Assembly (NCBI RefSeq): GCF_001194135.2
Contig: NC_069007.1
Location: 11,106,488-11,170,487 of the forward strand
Direction of reading: 5' to 3'
Length of the DNA: 64,000 nt
Source: Octopus bimaculoides
Taxonomy: Eukaryota
The notes beneath the pieces were generated by a model. It ran no database searches. It had not been told where the DNA came from and was given only the letters and a program-made list of their open reading frames with translations. Numbering within the stretch: position 1 is the stretch's first letter; every line of letters begins with the position of its first letter. Below are positions 1 through 11,959 of this stretch, one piece after another. The translations under genes were made by a program, and so were the position numbers.

Positions 1-199
1 ATATATATATATTTATATATATTTATAATATATATATGGCGGTAGTAGTGGTGGCAATGATCATGGTGGTGGTTTGCTAACTATGCTGCTGCAGGGGTGG
101 TGATGGTAGTGTAGAACCTCTCCTTCCCCCACCACCATCTCTACTGGTTAACCGTGTTGCCTTTACCACTTTTATCTCTCAAGCAGCCCCTAATTCAAC

Positions 200-365
200 A
201 AACCTAAAATCAAAGGCGTTCCAGCCACGACCATCCCATTTTTTTCGAAACATAATGTAACTATGATTACATTATATAATGCGTACTTCTTTTTAAGATG
301 GCTGAGTGTGGGGTCTGAAGGTGATTTAGCTACTATTTCTTGCAGTCTGAGTTTCCACATAGGGT
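200..365 (-). mobile_element. Family D short non-autonomous repeat (SINE-like), partial
   Basis: Shares ATCAAAGGCRTTCCA-CC-TGACCATC and GATTTAGCT-CTATTTCT blocks with copies at 30480-31830, 32460-32685 and 34150-34335. Confidence 0.6.
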
Positions 366-436
366 ATGATGATTAACCACTTTAGCATGGCATGTCGAAA
401 CTTTTAGTTAGTTTTATAACCCTGTTATTGGGTGAA

Positions 437-508
437 AGCCAGGAATTCTAGTGGTTAGGATTCCTGGCTTTCATCCAGATGGCCTAGGTTCGATTCCTGG
501 CATGGGAA
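437..508 (+). pseudogene. tRNA-Glu(TTC)-derived pseudogene or SINE head with replaced 5' end
   Basis: TCTAGTGGTTAGGATT-CCTGG-CTTTCAT-CCAGA-TGGCCTAGGTTCGATTCCTGGCATGGGAA matches the eukaryotic tRNA-Glu layout (TTC anticodon, B box GGTTCGATTCC); the 5' acceptor strand is missing. Confidence 0.7.
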
Positions 509-574
509 CACAATTATTTTGGTGTTAAACAATGATGATGATGATGATGATGATGATTGGGGTGTCACATGACC

Positions 575-800
575 AACCCAAGCCATGTGAGTGAAATTGA
601 CAGGAACTGTGTGAAAGCCTGTCAGATAGATGGCCTCTCCAGCCATGACACAGAAGTCCAACCTTGATTTATACATACACACACTTACTGTGTCACACTG
701 ACTCTGCCTAAAGATTACATTAAGGGTATATGTGTCTGTGGAATACTCAGTCATTGAAATGTTTATTCAATGAACAGGCTATTCAGTTGGTTGAACAAAT
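575..800 (+). mobile_element. Decayed SINE body: family A-like middle plus family E-like 3' tail
   Basis: 575-640 resembles the A core (AAGCCTTGTGAGTGGATTTGG); 685-800 resembles the E tail at 43250-43370 (TAAGGGTACACGTGTCTGTGGAGTGCTCAG). Confidence 0.5.
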
Positions 801-1077
801 GTTGCTTCACGTTTGGAATATTCTGAGATCCATTTATATACTTTACATGTGTACCTGTTTTAAATTCTTATAGTTAACCATTTTTAAAACATGATAAGAA
901 TATAACAGGATAAAAAAAGCTTCTTAATCCTGTAACATCCAGATTACTCTGTCAAATGTAATGCTTATATTTTCACATTATTTTGAATCAACCAGGCATT
1001 ACAAAGTAAAGTCTATTTGCCAACATAAAGTGGTGGTCCTGATTAGGATGGTGTTACTACTTTTTTTAGCCCCAGGA

Positions 1078-1123
1078 CCAGTGCCGATGAAGAAAAATAA
1101 CCTAGAAAGCATTAGTCCGCAGG
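1078..1123 (+). ncRNA. Degenerate type I hammerhead ribozyme (family 1, copy a)
   Basis: CCAGTG-CCGATGA-AGAAAAATAACCTA-GAAA-GCATTAGT-C-CGCAGG: core one change from CTGATGA, GTC cleavage triplet, stem I pairs 5 of 6. Confidence 0.5.
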
Positions 1124-1429
1124 TACAGTCTCAGGCTGAGTGAGGATGTTAGCTCCCTTATTCGAGGCATAAGGACACAGTTGTGTGTCAATAGCCAACT
1201 GGAAAAGATGTTTTCCTGAGGCTAAAAAAAGGTTGTAACACTGTCCTAATCAGGACTGCCACTTTATGTTGGCAAATAGACTTTACTTTGTAGTACTGTT
1301 ATTACTTAATTCTCATTCAGAGATTTAAAACTAATTGTTTTACTCCTTACAAGATCAGTAACTGTGTGTCACTTTAAAAGTATGTACCTCAAACAAGGCC
1401 TAATGCTGCCATCTCTAGCCAGTGGTTAT

Positions 1430-1475
1430 CCTGTGCCAATGAAGAGAAATAACCCAGAAACCATTGGTCTGCAGG
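1430..1475 (+). ncRNA. Degenerate type I hammerhead ribozyme (family 1, copy b)
   Basis: CCTGTG-CCAATGA-AGAGAAATAACCCA-GAAA-CCATTGGT-C-TGCAGG: stem I pairs 6 of 6 with G-U, palindromic stem III ACCA-T-TGGT, GTC triplet; core has two changes. Confidence 0.55.
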
Positions 1476-2432
1476 TAGCATCTAAGGCTGAGTGGCAACA
1501 TTAGCTCCCTTGTTCGAGGCATAAGGATGCAGTTGTGCATCGATAGCCTACTGGAGAAGATGTTTCCCTGAGGCTAAAAAAAGGTTGTAACACTGTCCTA
1601 AACAGGACTGCCACTTTACATTGGCAAATAGATTTAACTCTGTAGTACTGTTACTACTTATTTTTCGCTTAGCCATGCATTATTTTGCAGTCATGAAATT
1701 TCAGTGATGTGACTGTTTATTTTTAGTGATGCTGTTGGATAGATCTGGTTGGTTTGAACATAAAACAACCAGAATATTTCAACCAGATATGGCTGGTTCA
1801 AATGGATATAGGATTAAAACATGTTACTGCTGGGAGATTGTGTTTTTTTTCTCCAAAATCCATGGCGTGTCACCTGAAAACCTGTAGAAAGTCACTACTG
1901 ACACGTCATAGTATCACCTTTACTCACATAAAGGCTTCTTCATTTCCACAAGTTAAAGTTGAACTAATTACTGTAAGCTAATTAAACATGCATTAATTAA
2001 ATGTGAAACAGCAACAAATTTAAAGAACTGTTAAAATGTAATTGTTAAAACTTTGCAGTAATTAGTTACAAGCCTGTCAATTCATGGGGTTAGTAAAATA
2101 AAATAACCGTCAAATACTTAACTCTTCGGGCCCCTCAATTCCTGATGGAATCAAAGGCGTGTCTTCACGACAAGTGGCATACCTTGGGTATTTTAAACTT
2201 GACAGAGTACATCACTCTTTAGATCTTGTCAAGGCCAGCTTCTTCGAAAGATAGATGGAGAGAGGGAGAAGAATTAACCGCAGTATTAAACTGGTATTTT
2301 ATTGATAAAAGGCAACATGGGCTTTAGCAGGATTTGAACTTGGAACAGAGAGAGCTTGAACATATGCTACAATGCATTTTATTTGATTGATAGTCAAATA
2401 CCTGCATTAATTTACTATTCTGGTAGTGTATC

Positions 2433-2655
2433 AAGGCAGCAAGCTAGCAATGTTAGCACGCCAGGTGAAATGCTTTGCAGTATTTGGTTTGTCTTTACAT
2501 TCTGAGTTCAAATTCCACAGAGGTCGACTTTGCCTTTCATCCTTTCGGGGTCGATAAATTAAGTACCAGTTGCGTACTGGGATTGATATAACTGACTGAT
2601 CCCCCTCCCCAAACCTCTCCAAAAATTTCGGGCCTTGTGCCTAGAGTAGAAAAGG
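2433..2655 (+). mobile_element. Family B tRNA-derived SINE, full length
   Basis: AAGGCAGCAAGCTAGCAATGTTAGC head, B-box-like GAGTTCAAATTCC, body GTCGACTTTGCCTTTCATCCTTTCGGGGTCG; more than 10 copies in the window. Confidence 0.85.
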
Positions 2656-2687
2656 TTCTGGTTGTGTATCCTAGATAATGAATATTC

Positions 2688-2813
2688 TTTTATTTGTTTC
2701 AGTCATTTGACTGTGGCCATGCTGGAGCATCGCCTTTAGTCGAACAAATTGACCCCAGGACTTATTCTTTGTCAGCTTAGTGCTTATTCTATTGTTCTCT
2801 TTTGCTAAGTTAC
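2688..2813 (-). mobile_element. Family A SINE 3' part, cut by gap
   Basis: TTGTTTCAGTCATTTGACTG-GGCCATGCTGGAGCA block shared with 44866-45255. Confidence 0.8.
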
Positions 2814-3294
2814 NNNNNNNNNNNNNNNNNNNNNNNNNNNNNNNNNNNNNNNNNNNNNNNNNNNNNNNNNNNNNNNNNNNNNNNNNNNNNNNNNNNNNNN
2901 NNNNNNNNNNNNNNNNNNNNNNNNNNNNNNNNNNNNNNNNNNNNNNNNNNNNNNNNNNNNNNNNNNNNNNNNNNNNNNNNNNNNNNNNNNNNNNNNNNNN
3001 NNNNNNNNNNNNNNNNNNNNNNNNNNNNNNNNNNNNNNNNNNNNNNNNNNNNNNNNNNNNNNNNNNNNNNNNNNNNNNNNNNNNNNNNNNNNNNNNNNNN
3101 NNNNNNNNNNNNNNNNNNNNNNNNNNNNNNNNNNNNNNNNNNNNNNNNNNNNNNNNNNNNNNNNNNNNNNNNNNNNNNNNNNNNNNNNNNNNNNNNNNNN
3201 NNNNNNNNNNNNNNNNNNNNNNNNNNNNNNNNNNNNNNNNNNNNNNNNNNNNNNNNNNNNNNNNNNNNNNNNNNNNNNNNNNAATTAGTTTTTA

Positions 3295-3505
3295 TTTTGC
3301 CAGAAGGCCAGCAATTTCAACAGGAGGGGTTTTGTTCATTACTTCGACTCCAGTGCTCAACTGGTACTTATTTTATCAACCCTGGAAGGATGAAAGGTAA
3401 AGCTAACATGAATGTGGGGACTGAACTCATAACGTAAAGAGTTGAAAGAAATGCTATTGAGCATATTGTCTGATGCTTTAACAACTCTGACAACTCACTG
3501 CCTTA
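3295..3505 (-). mobile_element. Family B SINE
   Basis: Reverse complement of the B consensus; head abuts a (TAC)n(TAA)n tract. Confidence 0.75.
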
Positions 3506-3542
3506 CTACTACTACTTCTACTACTACTACTACTAATAATAA

Positions 3543-3582
<40 letters not shown>

Positions 3583-3587
<5 letters not shown>

Positions 3588-4070
3588 GTGGTACGAACAT
3601 AAACCTGAAGGCATCATCGAAAAATGATAATGCAAAGATCCTATGAGATTTTATGTTTTAGCACGACCATGAGATAGAGAATAGGAAACCAGACATAGTG
3701 TTAATTGAGAAAGAAAGCAAACAATGCTGGATCATAGATATACCATGCCCAGTTGACAACAAGGTATGTGATATCTATATCTATATATAACAGGTTGGCT
3801 TGGGAGGTTAAGTAGCTGTAGTCGCTGAAAAAGGTGGTAGTAGGATCAATAATTGTCGGAGACCTGGAAACAGTGAGTAAAAATTTTGAGAAGTACATGG
3901 AACAAATAGGGGCTGCAATAAAGGTGGAGCACTTGCAGAAAACAGCTCTGCTTGGAACCGCTTGAATATTCCGGATGGTGCTCGAAAAATAAGGGGTGTT
4001 ACCTTAGTTCACTGGTAGTGAACAGCTGACACCGTAGTACATCTCCAGCGTTAGAAGCAGTGCAAACAAT
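3583..4070 (+). mobile_element. R4/Dong-clade non-LTR retrotransposon, 3' fragment (restriction-like endonuclease), decayed
   Basis: Translates KWYEHKPEGIIENDNAKIL*DF...NRKPDIVLIEKESKQCWIIDIPCP...LQKTALLGTA; (TAA)n on both sides; stops and frameshifts. Confidence 0.85.
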
Positions 4071-4094
4071 AAAATAATAATAATAGTAAATCAA

Positions 4095-4345
4095 TGCTAA
4101 CAGATGACAATGTTTGTCTAAGAAAAATGGAAAGACTTTCAAAATGCAAAGACCTGGAGATAGAGCTAACTCGAATGTGGAGTCTAAAAACAAAAACAAT
4201 TCCTATCATAGTAGGTACATTAGGTATGATAAAAAAGCATTCAGACAAATGCATAACAAAAACATCAGGACTTACAAGTGTATATAGGACCACTGCAACA
4301 TGAGTGTAAATTTGAGAGGGGAATATGCTGAATAAAATCATAATT
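4095..4345 (+). mobile_element. R4/Dong-clade 3' terminal fragment, second subfamily
   Basis: MERLSKCKDLEIELTRMWSLKTKTIPIIVGTLG, closely similar to 55977-56201. Confidence 0.85.
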
Positions 4346-4569
4346 AACTGATCCTCATGTATTTTCTTTTACCCAAAGCCAGGAACATTCCAGTGCCTTT
4401 GTAAGTTCATTTGTTGCCCATGCAGTAAGCGTCCTTTCTTTGCATCATTGATGTAGTAAAGGAATAACAGATTGGCACTGGTGGTGTCGCAAATGACCAC
4501 AAAACATGATGAGTCAGAACAAACACTACAAGTCACTTTGTTCAATGTTCTCTTAATTCTACCAATCCG

Positions 4570-4720
4570 CTGATCTGAATTGGTACAAATAGGATGAAGG
4601 ACTAAGTTGACTCTGGCAAGATTTGAACCCAGAATGTAAAAGTCCACAACTATTATAAATACCACTGGGTATTTTGTCTGATACTCTAACAATTCTGCCA
4701 ATCTGCCACTAAACAAAAGC
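4570..4720 (-). mobile_element. Family B SINE, decayed
   Basis: GATGAAGGACTAAGTTGAC...GATTTGAACCCAGAATGTAAA...CTAACAATTCTGCCA. Confidence 0.6.
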
Positions 4721-4751
4721 TCCTTGTTCTCTGTTTTGACTTCATTGCTGT

Positions 4752-4903
4752 CACTAGCGTAGCTGGGAAGATGGGGGGGGGTGAAGTCCACCCCGGGTGG
4801 CACTTTTGGATTTGCTGTATGCAATAAGTATTTTTTGTGGGGTCTAGGTGGGCGAAAAACAGAAGGGCCGCCTTAGGCAGCACACATTCTAGCTACACTA
4901 GTG
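4752..4903. mobile_element. hAT-type MITE, 152 bp
   Basis: TIR CACTAGCGTAGCT / AGCTACACTAGTG (12 of 13) and perfect 8-bp TSD ATTGCTGT at 4744-4751 and 4904-4911. Confidence 0.85.
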
Positions 4904-6289
4904 ATTGCTGTTATTGTTGTTCTAGGTCAGCTTTTATGAAAATCAAGCAAACCTTTCATCAAAGGTTTTCCATCACAAACTTCATGACCTGATGAGGACA
5001 CTGCATAATTGATTTCTTATATAGGCACATAGACTGAAATTTGGGGAGGAAAACTATCAGTCATATTGACTGGTACTTAATTTTATTGACCCTGTAATGA
5101 TTGAAAGGCAAAGTTGACCTCAACAGGATTTGAAGACAGAACAAAAAGAGCTACATCAAATATTTCAACTAATGAGACTGTTAATTGACTTCAACTTCAA
5201 CTCTTAATCACCTCTTCTACGTCCTGCCAAAGATGCTGGGGAATCTGTTCCAGAGTGTTCTTTCTTAGAATCACTTTATGAAAACCCAGTGTTTAGTAGT
5301 GTTAAGAGGCTTCCCACTTAATGTAATCTTTATGATGATAGGCAGTGTTCTTGAATTGTTTACAATACCTTGGAGCCTGGTGGTCACAAGGTGAATGAAA
5401 CACTTAACCCGTGGGTTGCTGTGGTGGGCGGTTGTGCATTAAGATATTTAGATATTGTCAAACACCTTGTTTGAATACAAGTAACAGAGTGGACTCTACT
5501 TGAGGCAACATAGAGGCCAGATAATGGTGTTAAAACAGGATCCAAGTCTTCCAACTAAGAGCAAGTAAAAAACCCTTCTGATGGGCTTCCACACAATTTC
5601 TATCAACTAATTTCAGTCACAGTTCTTGGGTCAACCCAAAGGTGTGGTTGAATACACTTGCCTGACATGTCACCATGTAGTGTTACTGAACGTGGAGTCA
5701 CATGGTTGTTCTTAAACACATGATGATATATGCACATCTGCATAAAATGATTACTATTACTAAAAGAAAATGGAATTATTTCATGAGAGGACTTAGCAAT
5801 TCTCCTGTGGGATGTAGCAGAATCGCTATGAATAGTGAAAATCTGTGTTTGAAGCAAAGAAATTGAATTTATCTTTTCTTGACTGTAATAGAGAATTGGC
5901 TGTTACAATTTCAATTAACTCCATGGTGGCTTGGTAGAATTGTTAGACTATCAAACAAAATAACACAGTATTATTTATGGTGCTTTACTTTCTGAGTTCA
6001 AATCACACCAAGATTGACTTTGCTCCCTTCCTTCTTGGGCCACTCAAGTTCTTGGGTGAATTTCTATTGCTTAAAGCATTTCTAGACTTGAATAGAATTA
6101 TGATAAAACAAACCTGTCCTCTGGAAATGTTGAGTTTTATACAGCTTTTGTAAAAGCATAGCAACAAGAGTCCAATATGATTAATTTTTCACACTCTTAA
6201 CCTGACCTTCAAAGAACCTGTAATACAGGCAATGGATTGAAAGTCATTACATCATCGTCATCATCATCATTATCGTCATTGTTGTCATC

Positions 6290-6470
6290 ATCATCATTTA
6301 ATGTCCGCTGTACATGCTGGCATGGGTTGGATGGTTTTACCAGAACTAGCTAGCTGGGGAACTGCACCAGACTCTGGTCTGATTTGGCATGGTTTCTATG
6401 ACTGGATGCCCTTCCTAATGCCAACAACTTTACAGAATGTGCTGGGTGCTTTTGTATGGCACTAGACGGG
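6290..6470 (-). mobile_element. RTE-clade 3' UTR fragment (family C) with (GAT)n tail
   Basis: GGATGCCCTTCCTAATGCCAAC, reverse of the GTTGGCRTTAGGAAGGGCATCC motif typical of RTE 3' ends; (CAT)n tract on the left. Confidence 0.7.
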
Positions 6471-6474
6471 TGAT

Positions 6475-8330
6475 AATTTACTCTCCATTGTATGGTTGGA
6501 TCTTGCCAAAACACACCCAAGCAGGCCCCACCATTTACTCCAAAATGCATTGGAGTGCTACCAAGTACAAACAGAAGTAGTCAGACTCATAATGTCTCAC
6601 AAAGATTTGCTGAGGATGAGGTTCACTGCAAGACATTTCACCACTAAAAAGGTATTATGGCAGGGTGCACAGTGTCTCTGGTGTTATTTGTGGTGGCAAT
6701 GAACCTACAGCTTGAGGAAGCAATTGAGAAGTCCTGAAACTGACTGAAACATGGAAAATCCATTTTTCAGGGTATTTAGGGGTGACACAACAGTTACATA
6801 ATCAATTGGAGGACCACAGTGGACACTAAGTTTGCTGGAAAATATGCCCAATGAAATCTCAGAACCTGATTATCCTGAAAATAAAGCTTACAAAAGACAT
6901 CATCAGTATTCAGCGCTGACAATCCAAGAAAAAGAAGTCTGTTGCCTTATAATCATACCCTTAAGGATATTGGTAATGCTGAAAAACACTAAAACCCAAA
7001 TAGACAAGTGGATGAGGACAGTTGATAAAAGCCTGCTTCTTGGAAGGTTCTTCCAGTATGACATCATACCCACACCATAGTGGTTAGTTTTGCTCTACAA
7101 CTTTGCCATGACTTAGCTGTACAGTAAATTCATGTGAAGTTGCCTGGGCTCTCCCAAATTTCAGCTCAGTCTATCTGTACAGCAAATTCCACCTACCATT
7201 TTCATCAGTGGTGGAAGAATTCAAAGCCAAAGGCAAAAGCTATCAGCACATTGCTTCTGTCTGAGGATGAGATGTCAGACACACCAAAAAGACCATTATG
7301 TGTGGCAGAAAATGGCAGAAGCCTCAGGGAGCTGTGAAGGATGTGGAGACATACTGGAAGCCCAGGAGATTGTTGGAGTAGTCTGTCAATGATGGCTAGG
7401 CCATGGCAAGTACAGCACAAAGAGGTGGGAAAACACCAATACCAGGAGCAAGAGAGAGCTCATAGGACAAAAGTTCCATGACTCAACAGAGGAGGGTTGC
7501 TAGGTGAAGGCAGTGGGGTTTTTTTGCCAGAAACAATGGATACAGTGGGAACAGGCATTCAAGCATCCACAGGGAAGACTGTCCTTTCTCCTCTGTATTA
7601 TTGCTGACCTCTTACCAACTCCAAATAGCCTTAAAATATGGGGCAAAGAAAACGACCCCATCCTACAAGCAGTGTGAAGTAAATTCTTTGCACTCTGAAC
7701 CATATTTTGACCAGGTGCCCCCGTGGAGACATGACAAGGTCCTTGCAGAAATTACTTAGTGGATTGATCTGTAAAGGTTGAAGGCTAATAAACACCAGCC
7801 ATAACCAACAAAGAGTATCAAATTCCCAAAAGAAAGTGACTAAGCTTCTAAGATAAAAGCAATGCCAGGGCATCCATTTTCTATATTGCTTTCAGCCTCA
7901 GACCAGGAAGAAGAGCAGGCTTGTCTTCCCAATGGAGCTAAAAGGGACATCATTCTGACCAGGCATGTTCCTGCTCTCCAGGAGTACAAAAGCAATCACT
8001 GTGGTTGAACCTACAGTGCCCTGAGAGGACAAACTCAATATTTGCCACCGGGTAAAGAAAAGCAAATATCAAAACTTAGTTGATGAGGTCCTTGTCAAGG
8101 GATGGCATGCAGCCTCATTCATGATTGAATTCAGCTGTTGTAGCTTTCCAGCTGGATCAGTGCACTATTTTCTGCAGAAGATAAGTTTGGAATGCAGACA
8201 ACTGAAGAAAGCCATCAAGGTATGACTGCTGAAACTAGCTCAAGGTGGTTATGGTTGAGGAGACCGGTTCAGTGAAGACCGGTTCAGTCCTTGTCAGTCC
8301 TTGTTACCCAACTCGGGCTAAAGGGCAAAA
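6475..8330 (+). mobile_element. HERO-like (R2 superfamily) non-LTR retrotransposon, RT plus RLE, 5'-truncated and decayed
   Basis: Fragments IVWLDLAK..., LRMRFT, LPFSSVVEEFK, GRLSFLL, PWRHDKVL, EPTVP*ED, KKSKYQNL and terminal SSRWLWLRR match the HERO-type motif order; many stops and frameshifts. Confidence 0.8.
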
Positions 8331-11300
8331 TATTTGTGGTCCTGAGATACCTGTTGATAATAATGAAGGGTTTCCAGCAATATGATGAATTTAAAAGAGC
8401 TTGCAAAACCTCTGAGTAGCTCCTGCAGTTTCTGTGGGTGGGTGGGGGGAAGCATATCTGATGTTTATCTCACCGTTTATTTCATCTGTGACACTCACAG
8501 GGTTTATGACTGACCCCAGTACCTTGTCAGGGTTTGGAATGGTCAAGATAGTTACCAAGGAATAACAAGAAACCGGCTGAGCAATCAGTTGCAAATTAAC
8601 CAATCAGCCCAAGGTGGACGTATATGCCAAAATTGAAACAGAAAGGTTGGATAAGGAACCCAGTCAAGTCAAAGATAGATAACTACATTCACCTTCGTGA
8701 TGCCATCCCTTCTAACTTTGTTCCAAGAATAATTAGTTAGCCAGTCATTCTACCATCAAGCTTCATAGGATGACTTTGTTAATGCACAAATAAATTAAAC
8801 ATGCAAAGGTTTATGCCTGAAATTTTGGTCTGCCAGATTCCTTTATATTCCCCTGTAACCTTACGTAGACAGGAATCTCTGATAAAGTTTTCCAATATCA
8901 GATTGACAGGATTTCTTTGATCAAATGTTCCACAAGAAACAATGAAATCTCCTCTGGCTCTTAAAAGGCAGAAGAATTTTCACTGATCTTAGTGTGGATG
9001 AGTAATATTGAATGGCATAAGAAAGGACTTTTTCATTCTCACACACAACAAAATAAGACTATATGATACTGAAAAGTTCATTTCAGTTGAGCTGACTAAT
9101 ATAGATAAGCTAGAGCTATATGAAACCATCAGATCTTAACTCATCCATGGGAAATCATCAATCCTGCTGCCTCCTGTACGCAGGATCAAAAAATTCACCA
9201 AAAGATATTCTCAAACCAACAACAATGGATGCTTTCTTTGTTGAAGGCATACACTTGCGAATCAACAACCCTAGCAGAGAGGGGGGGAGTGGGGAGCGAA
9301 AGAAAGAGAGAGATTCAAAAGATAATATTGTGAAGGGCTTTTGATTCTTGAAAATGTTATCGTTCAGTGTCTCCTCTCCAAACACACACACACACACACG
9401 CAATGCCAGCAAGACACAATGTACCAACACAGCAGTTGAGAAATTGCTAAAACTGAAATGCAGTTGTGTTTTTTTAATCCCAAACACACACACTTTCATT
9501 AAATTATTAAACGTAGTTACAATATGTTTAATAAATAGCGTTGCAAAAATAGACCTCGGTTAAACAACAGGAAGCTCAGTAGCCAAGGAGAACGAAAGAT
9601 CAAGTTGTCTAATTAATTAGTTTGGGATTTTGTTAAAGCAATCATCAGGATTTGATTACTTTACCTTAGTTCCTCAGAAACTATTTCATGAATAATGCAA
9701 ATTTGATCATATTAGGCTAGACTATATTTCCATAGTAGTACAAAGGTGGTTGTCTGTATTAATTAACTGAGCCATCAGTACACTGTATATGAAATTAAAT
9801 TTTCACAGCAAAGCTAAAAATATTAAACACACAACCACAACTTTATTTAAGAATTTAATCTCGTCTAAACTAGTGTCCTCGACTACAGCTGAAGTTGAAT
9901 CGAAGAAGCTCGACATGTGTGTGTGCTTTTATAATTCCCTTTGTTTCTCATTATGCGAGTAAACGACATCATTTGTTTGAAAACTTTATCTGTTATTTCG
10001 TACAGATGGTGTCGTTTGTTCGTAGGTACAATAGCTTTCCTAGTCTATTTACTAACTTTCTCTCCCATCTACTGCATGTCTAATGCTAATTCTTCACTAA
10101 AAGTAGGTGAATCTATTATTTCCATTTTGACTTAACATCTATCGTGATTTATTAGGAATCATAAATAACACTGTGTAACATAATTTTTGTCCTTGGGTCC
10201 TTGTTATTTCCTATTTACTTACCTCTAGAAAGTATGAAAAATAGCTAATATTTCCTTCAAACTTTGCTTTTGTTACATTTATTCAAACCCCGGTCATGAT
10301 ACTCTCCAGCTACTCCTGTTCATCATCAGAGATGCATGTGTTGTCAGCCACCAAGGGACATGCTCAAGTGGTTACGGTCAAACAATTGACAAGCAAAGCT
10401 GTGGCACTGAGCAGAATATTTGCTATAATGATATTTCTGCTTCAGTAACTCAGCACTGAAATGTAATGGAAGTTGTCATTTCTTTTGATTTTTAGTTAAA
10501 AGCAAATAAGAAATAACACTTATTGACAAATGACAAAAAGAAACAAAAATGAAAAAAGTGAAAATTTTGTTACACGATGTAATAATTGTCCCATGGAAAC
10601 AAGTGACGCAACTCCATGGGGGCCTTTTGTGACATAGTGGGTGATACACTGGAAGTGAAAATGGAAGTGTGGAAAATTGAAGGGAGATACCAAAACAAGA
10701 AGCGATGGAGGAAAGATGACATCAGAACGGAATCAATGAGGAAATGACGTCATGTCAAGAAGCGAGGTGCTTGATCAGTGTCTTTCTTTGTCGGACATCT
10801 GATGTGAACGACTGCGTGGGGCGAATTCAATGGGACAGTAGACCATGGCTAGAATTTTGGGTAGTGTAGGCGTTTAGGTTCGTGCAACAAGTTCTTCTGA
10901 TCCTGGAGGAGCATAGCTTTCCTCCCTGTCTGAAGTTCGTCTCAAGGGAAAAGCAGTGCATGAAGCGCCGAAAGTGAGAGACGTGCCATCATGTGACAAA
11001 GCGGGTTGATTTAAAGGCTTTTTTGGGGTTTTTAGATGAGCAGCCAGTGAGAATGGACATGCGGTGAGGGTGCTTCAGCATTCCAGCATTTGGTTAACGG
11101 TTTAGGATAATGAGTTGATCTTTTCTGCTAGTCACTTTTCAATTTCTTCAATTTTTGTTCCAATTGATTTCATATTTGGTGTATTGATGTAGTTTTGTAA
11201 GGTAATCATTGACAGGAAATTCATTTTCGACATAAATCAATAAATAAAGAACTAATAGCTTCTAAAGTTTGCAAATTTGGGGTAATTTTAACCAATTGAA

Positions 11301-11959
11301 AAGCACAGACACAGGTATCTGTTTCCATAGTAACAAGCCAAGCTGTTACAAAGCTGCTTTCCACGTGTTCCTTTTTTTTTGTCGCTTATTAAATACTTAA
11401 AACACATGAGATATAAGGTGATCATCAGATGTGTTAAAAATAGCTAAAGAGGCCTTAAATCACACACCCCCAATTTTTTTCCTTTTTGCATAATCGTATG
11501 AATTCCTGTGTATAGAATACAAATTCGCAAAACTTTTCTGAAAATTGCGAAAAATAAAAAAAGTTACGAAAGGTTATATGGCATGCGTAAAGCAGAATTC
11601 GTCGTCTTTTTTGTACAGACTTTTTGTCCTTCACACCTTATCTTACAACAGTGGAAATAATTAATTGACAATTGCCATTCCTTATCCATGCTATTCTGAT
11701 GTAGACAAAACTGATGGACTCATGAGACCTCTTGAGACTCCAGTCAACCAATGTAGTGACAGCTAGTTGGAATGTAATGGAAGAATCAGGTACAGTTTAA
11801 CGTTGTACTCAAGTTCTTGATGAAATACCTATAACAAAGCGACCAAGGTGATTGGAAATATCAAACTATTTAGGCTACCATTCATCATTACAGTTGGAGG
11901 GAGTATACGACACATTTCTACTGACACATTTTTTTCCTGCCTTTGAACTTCTTCCCTAT

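Larger units (their letters stand above)
993..1650 (+). mobile_element. Hammerhead-bearing non-coding repeat: two direct copies plus an inverted terminal segment (Penelope pLTR or retrozyme-like)
   Basis: 1078-1298 and 1430-1650 are direct copies; 993-1077 is the reverse complement of 1214-1298. Confidence 0.65.

Noticed and set aside
9199-9270. Minus-strand 72-nt candidate exon with a strong pyrimidine tract
   Set aside because: The tract is a (CT)/(C) low-complexity run, the peptide is unrecognised and no compatible neighbour exon was found.
10600-11260. Coding-like, CpG-richer segment, possibly a retroelement ORF start on the minus strand
   Set aside because: Frames are broken and I recognise no diagnostic motif, so it is left unclassified.
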